The notes below the pieces were generated by a model that worked only from the letters and a program-made list of their open reading frames with translations, did not search any database and was not told where the DNA came from. DNA of 63,701 bases, filler included, from Octopus bimaculoides (Eukaryota), in the NCBI RefSeq assembly GCF_001194135.2. It is 9 parts of 7 records of this genome, joined end to end, with 100 filler letters (N's around TTAATTAATTAA, not from the genome) between each part and the next. Parts side by side here need not be neighbours in the genome. Positions count along the whole stretch, not along the records: positions 51,926 to 61,998 come from NC_068998.1; positions 62,099 to 63,701 come from NC_068983.1; 7 more parts are not named here. One strand, 5' to 3'. A program made the translations under genes and the position numbers. Below are positions 61,369 through 63,701 of this stretch, piece after piece (the first letter of the stretch is position 1; each line of letters begins with the position of its first letter).

Positions 61369-61614
61369 GCATGGGGCTGCTTCAGGCTCTTCCTTCATCC
61401 TATTATTTATCATCATCATCATCGTCGTCGTCGTAGTCGTTATTGTTGTTGTTGTTCGTCTATCGATACGTATTGCACATCGATCCCCTGCGTTTCTTGT
61501 TATTTAATTTGTTACGTTAAGTTATATATTGTACATTTCTTATTGTTATATAGATAAACTAACCGGGAACATAGAGAGCTGGTTAATATTTCTTCATCTG
61601 TAGGCTAAAGGGAA

Positions 61615-61656
61615 TAAACCTAAACCTAAACCTAACCCTAACCCTAGCCCTAACCC
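61615..61656. repeat. Telomere-like hexamer run (TAAACC)3(TAACCC)2 TAGCCC TAACCC
   Basis: Seven hexamers read directly; the reverse strand is (GGGTTA)n-like. Confidence 0.9.
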
Positions 61657-61982
61657 TAGGATCGCGGTTTCGATTCCTAGACCGGGCGTTGTGAGTGTTT
61701 ATTGAGCGAAAACACCTAAAGTTCCACGAGGCTCCGGCAGGGGATGGTGGCGAACCCAGCTGTACTCTTCCACCACAACTGTCTCCTGTTTCTGTTGTGC
61801 CTGTAATTCAAAGGGTCAGCCTTGTCACACTGTGTCACGCTGAATCTTCCCCGAGAACTACGTTAAGGGTACACATGTCTGTGGAGTGCTCAGCCACTTG
61901 CACGTTAATTTCACGAGCAGGCTGTTCCGTTGATCGGATCAACTGGAACCCTCGACGTCGTAAGCGACGGAGTGCCAACACA
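61657..61982 (+). mobile_element. SINE family C (OK-like), 5'-truncated within the tRNA head
   Basis: Begins taggatcgcggtttcgattcc.. and runs to cgacggagtgccaaca; closely matches the reverse complement of 19253-19637. Confidence 0.92.
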
Positions 61983-62098
61983 CATCCATTTCAAAGATNN
62001 NNNNNNNNNNNNNNNNNNNNNNNNNNNNNNNNNNNNNNNNNNTTAATTAATTAANNNNNNNNNNNNNNNNNNNNNNNNNNNNNNNNNNNNNNNNNNNN

Positions 62099-63667
62099 TG
62101 AGCAGAGTGATGGGCCGAAAATTATGTATGATGTTCCCCTTGTTTGGGTCTTTCTTTAGTAGTGCCACTGCTCCTCGCTTTACAAAGACGGGGATGCTCC
62201 CGTTTTGCTGCCAGTTGCAGTAGACAGCTGCCAAGACACCTCCAAACAAATCTGGCATATGACAATAAAGTTCGTAGGGCAGACCATCCAAGCCTGGCGA
62301 CTTGTCTCCCTTACAGCCTGCCATCGCATCCCGTACGTCCGCGGCTGTGATGGGTCTTTCAGAACACTCCACCTCTCTTGCTGAGAGTCGTAGCAGGCCA
62401 TGCAGGTAGGCACTAAAGTCTACTCTGCGTTCTGACCCACCAGTTGTCCCGAACAGTCGGGCAAAGTATTGTTGAAAGGCCTCGCACATCCTTTCAGGCT
62501 CGAGTAATTCGCGTCCTTCTTCATCTGCCAGAGACCTAATGGTGGCTCTGTTGCCTCGTTGCGCCTCCGCTACTCGGGCCTCTCGAGCCGATCCAACTCC
62601 CTCGTCCCTCAGAGCACGCATCCTAGCTCTGACAACGCTTCCTTCGTGTTTGGCGTTGAAATGTTGGTCGAGGGCCAACCTCGCTGCCACTATGTTGGAC
62701 GCGATGCCAGTACTAAGTGCCTCTTCTAATTTCTTAACTATGTCTCCCTCTATTCTATTTCGGTCTAACGCTTGGGCATTACGTACCTAACCGATTCTGA
62801 CTTCATTGCTTTTTTGAGGGCATACCACCATCTGTTGTTGATGATGGCACCCGTTAATGCTGTCTTAACTAAAGTGCTAATCCGGTCCCTGTAAGCTTGG
62901 CCTGCCGTGAACGACGCGTTCAGCTTTCAGTAACCGGGACCCTGTCTATGTGTCTTATCTAAGTCAAGCGTACAAGTGACAAATTTGTGGTCTGTGTAGC
63001 TGCCTATGTGGAATTGTGGACAACCTAGTCTATACTTATCCACTGTCCTACAGAATACCCTATCTAAGTACGATCTGGACGACCTGATGCGGTTACTCCA
63101 TGTCCACATTGGCACATTCGGGTGGTCCAGTCGGTACCTGTCAGACAGCTGGAAATGTCTGAGCAGGTCTTTGAGGCTTTTGCATCCCTTTCTATTGCTA
63201 TCGCTGCCTGTGTAATCTAGATGCGTGTCAATGGTAGCGTTCCAATCCCCCACTAGAAGTAAAGGTCGAAACGTTCCCAACAAAACCTCTAGACGTCAAT
63301 AGAAATCCGGCCGGCCTGTTAAAGACGGTGCATAGACTGCTATCAGTCGAAAAACACACCCATTGCTGCCGTTGACATCCAAGATGACCAGCGTACCCTC
63401 CGGGTCTAGGAAAATTGCTTTTACTTTGAGGTCCAAACTCTTCCGAAGAAGCACCGCGGTGCCTCCTCCACCCATTCTCGGCAGACACGGAGAAAAATAA
63501 ATGTTGAAATGTCCGCCGAGCATGTGCTGGAGGTCCCGCGGGCTGTGGAGTCTGGTCTCGCTGATGGCTATGACATGCAGATTTTGTGACTTGATGTCGT
63601 TTAACAGATACCCTTGTTTCCAAGGTGACCCCAAGCCACATACATTTATACTGCCTATTTTGAGCAT
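62099..63667 (-). mobile_element. L1/Tx1-like LINE ORF2 5' part (APE endonuclease, linker, start of RT), disrupted
   Basis: KIGSINVCGL..AISETR..GGTAVLL..LIAVYAP..LVGDWNA..TW..SYLDR..TDHK (APE), then KSPGLDGLPYELY..W..LLKK..NFRPITLL (RT start). In-frame stops at about 63296 and 62927 and at least one frameshift; cut by a gap placeholder. Confidence 0.92.
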
Positions 63668-63701
63668 GATCCTATCAAAATGTGTGTTTTACACACGAAA
63701 G

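Noticed and set aside
61345-61400. HDV-like ribozyme at the 5' end of family E (gccctcgtggc resembles P3/L3)
   Set aside because: No P1/P2 partners were found, and the needed upstream strand lies outside the sequence shared between copies.

Overview
This is AT-rich, microsatellite-saturated eukaryotic genomic DNA from a gappy draft assembly. About 8 kb (roughly 13%) is N, and eight 100-bp gap placeholders carry an artificial TTAATTAATTAA linker. The repeat families and overall texture point to an octopus-type cephalopod; this is inference from recalled repeat families, not a database hit. I can support no intact host protein-coding gene, rRNA, tRNA gene or CRISPR array, and almost all ORF-track entries are microsatellite or N-run artefacts. 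The window reads as intronic or intergenic DNA made of mobile-element debris. There are at least four tRNA-derived SINE families and a headless ~535-bp (AAT)n-tailed element. Decayed non-LTR retrotransposons of several clades are present: R4/Dong-like RLE (x3), HERO-like RLE, L1/Tx1-like APE-RT, a CR1-like 3' end, RTE-like tails and Penelope-like repeats. DNA transposon remnants include hAT MITEs, an hATm-like transposase, a maT/DD37D element and a mariner fragment. I did not find a convincing novel protein-coding system. The best leads are a 63-bp-arm near-perfect hairpin, a telomeric-repeat/SINE junction, apparent (AAT)n-microsatellite targeting by R4/Dong-like elements and a possible non-autonomous partner, a three-layer nested insertion, head/tail module shuffling among SINEs, and a tandem Penelope-like repeat carrying both hammerhead core motifs. 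Element boundaries were read by eye and may be off by several bases.
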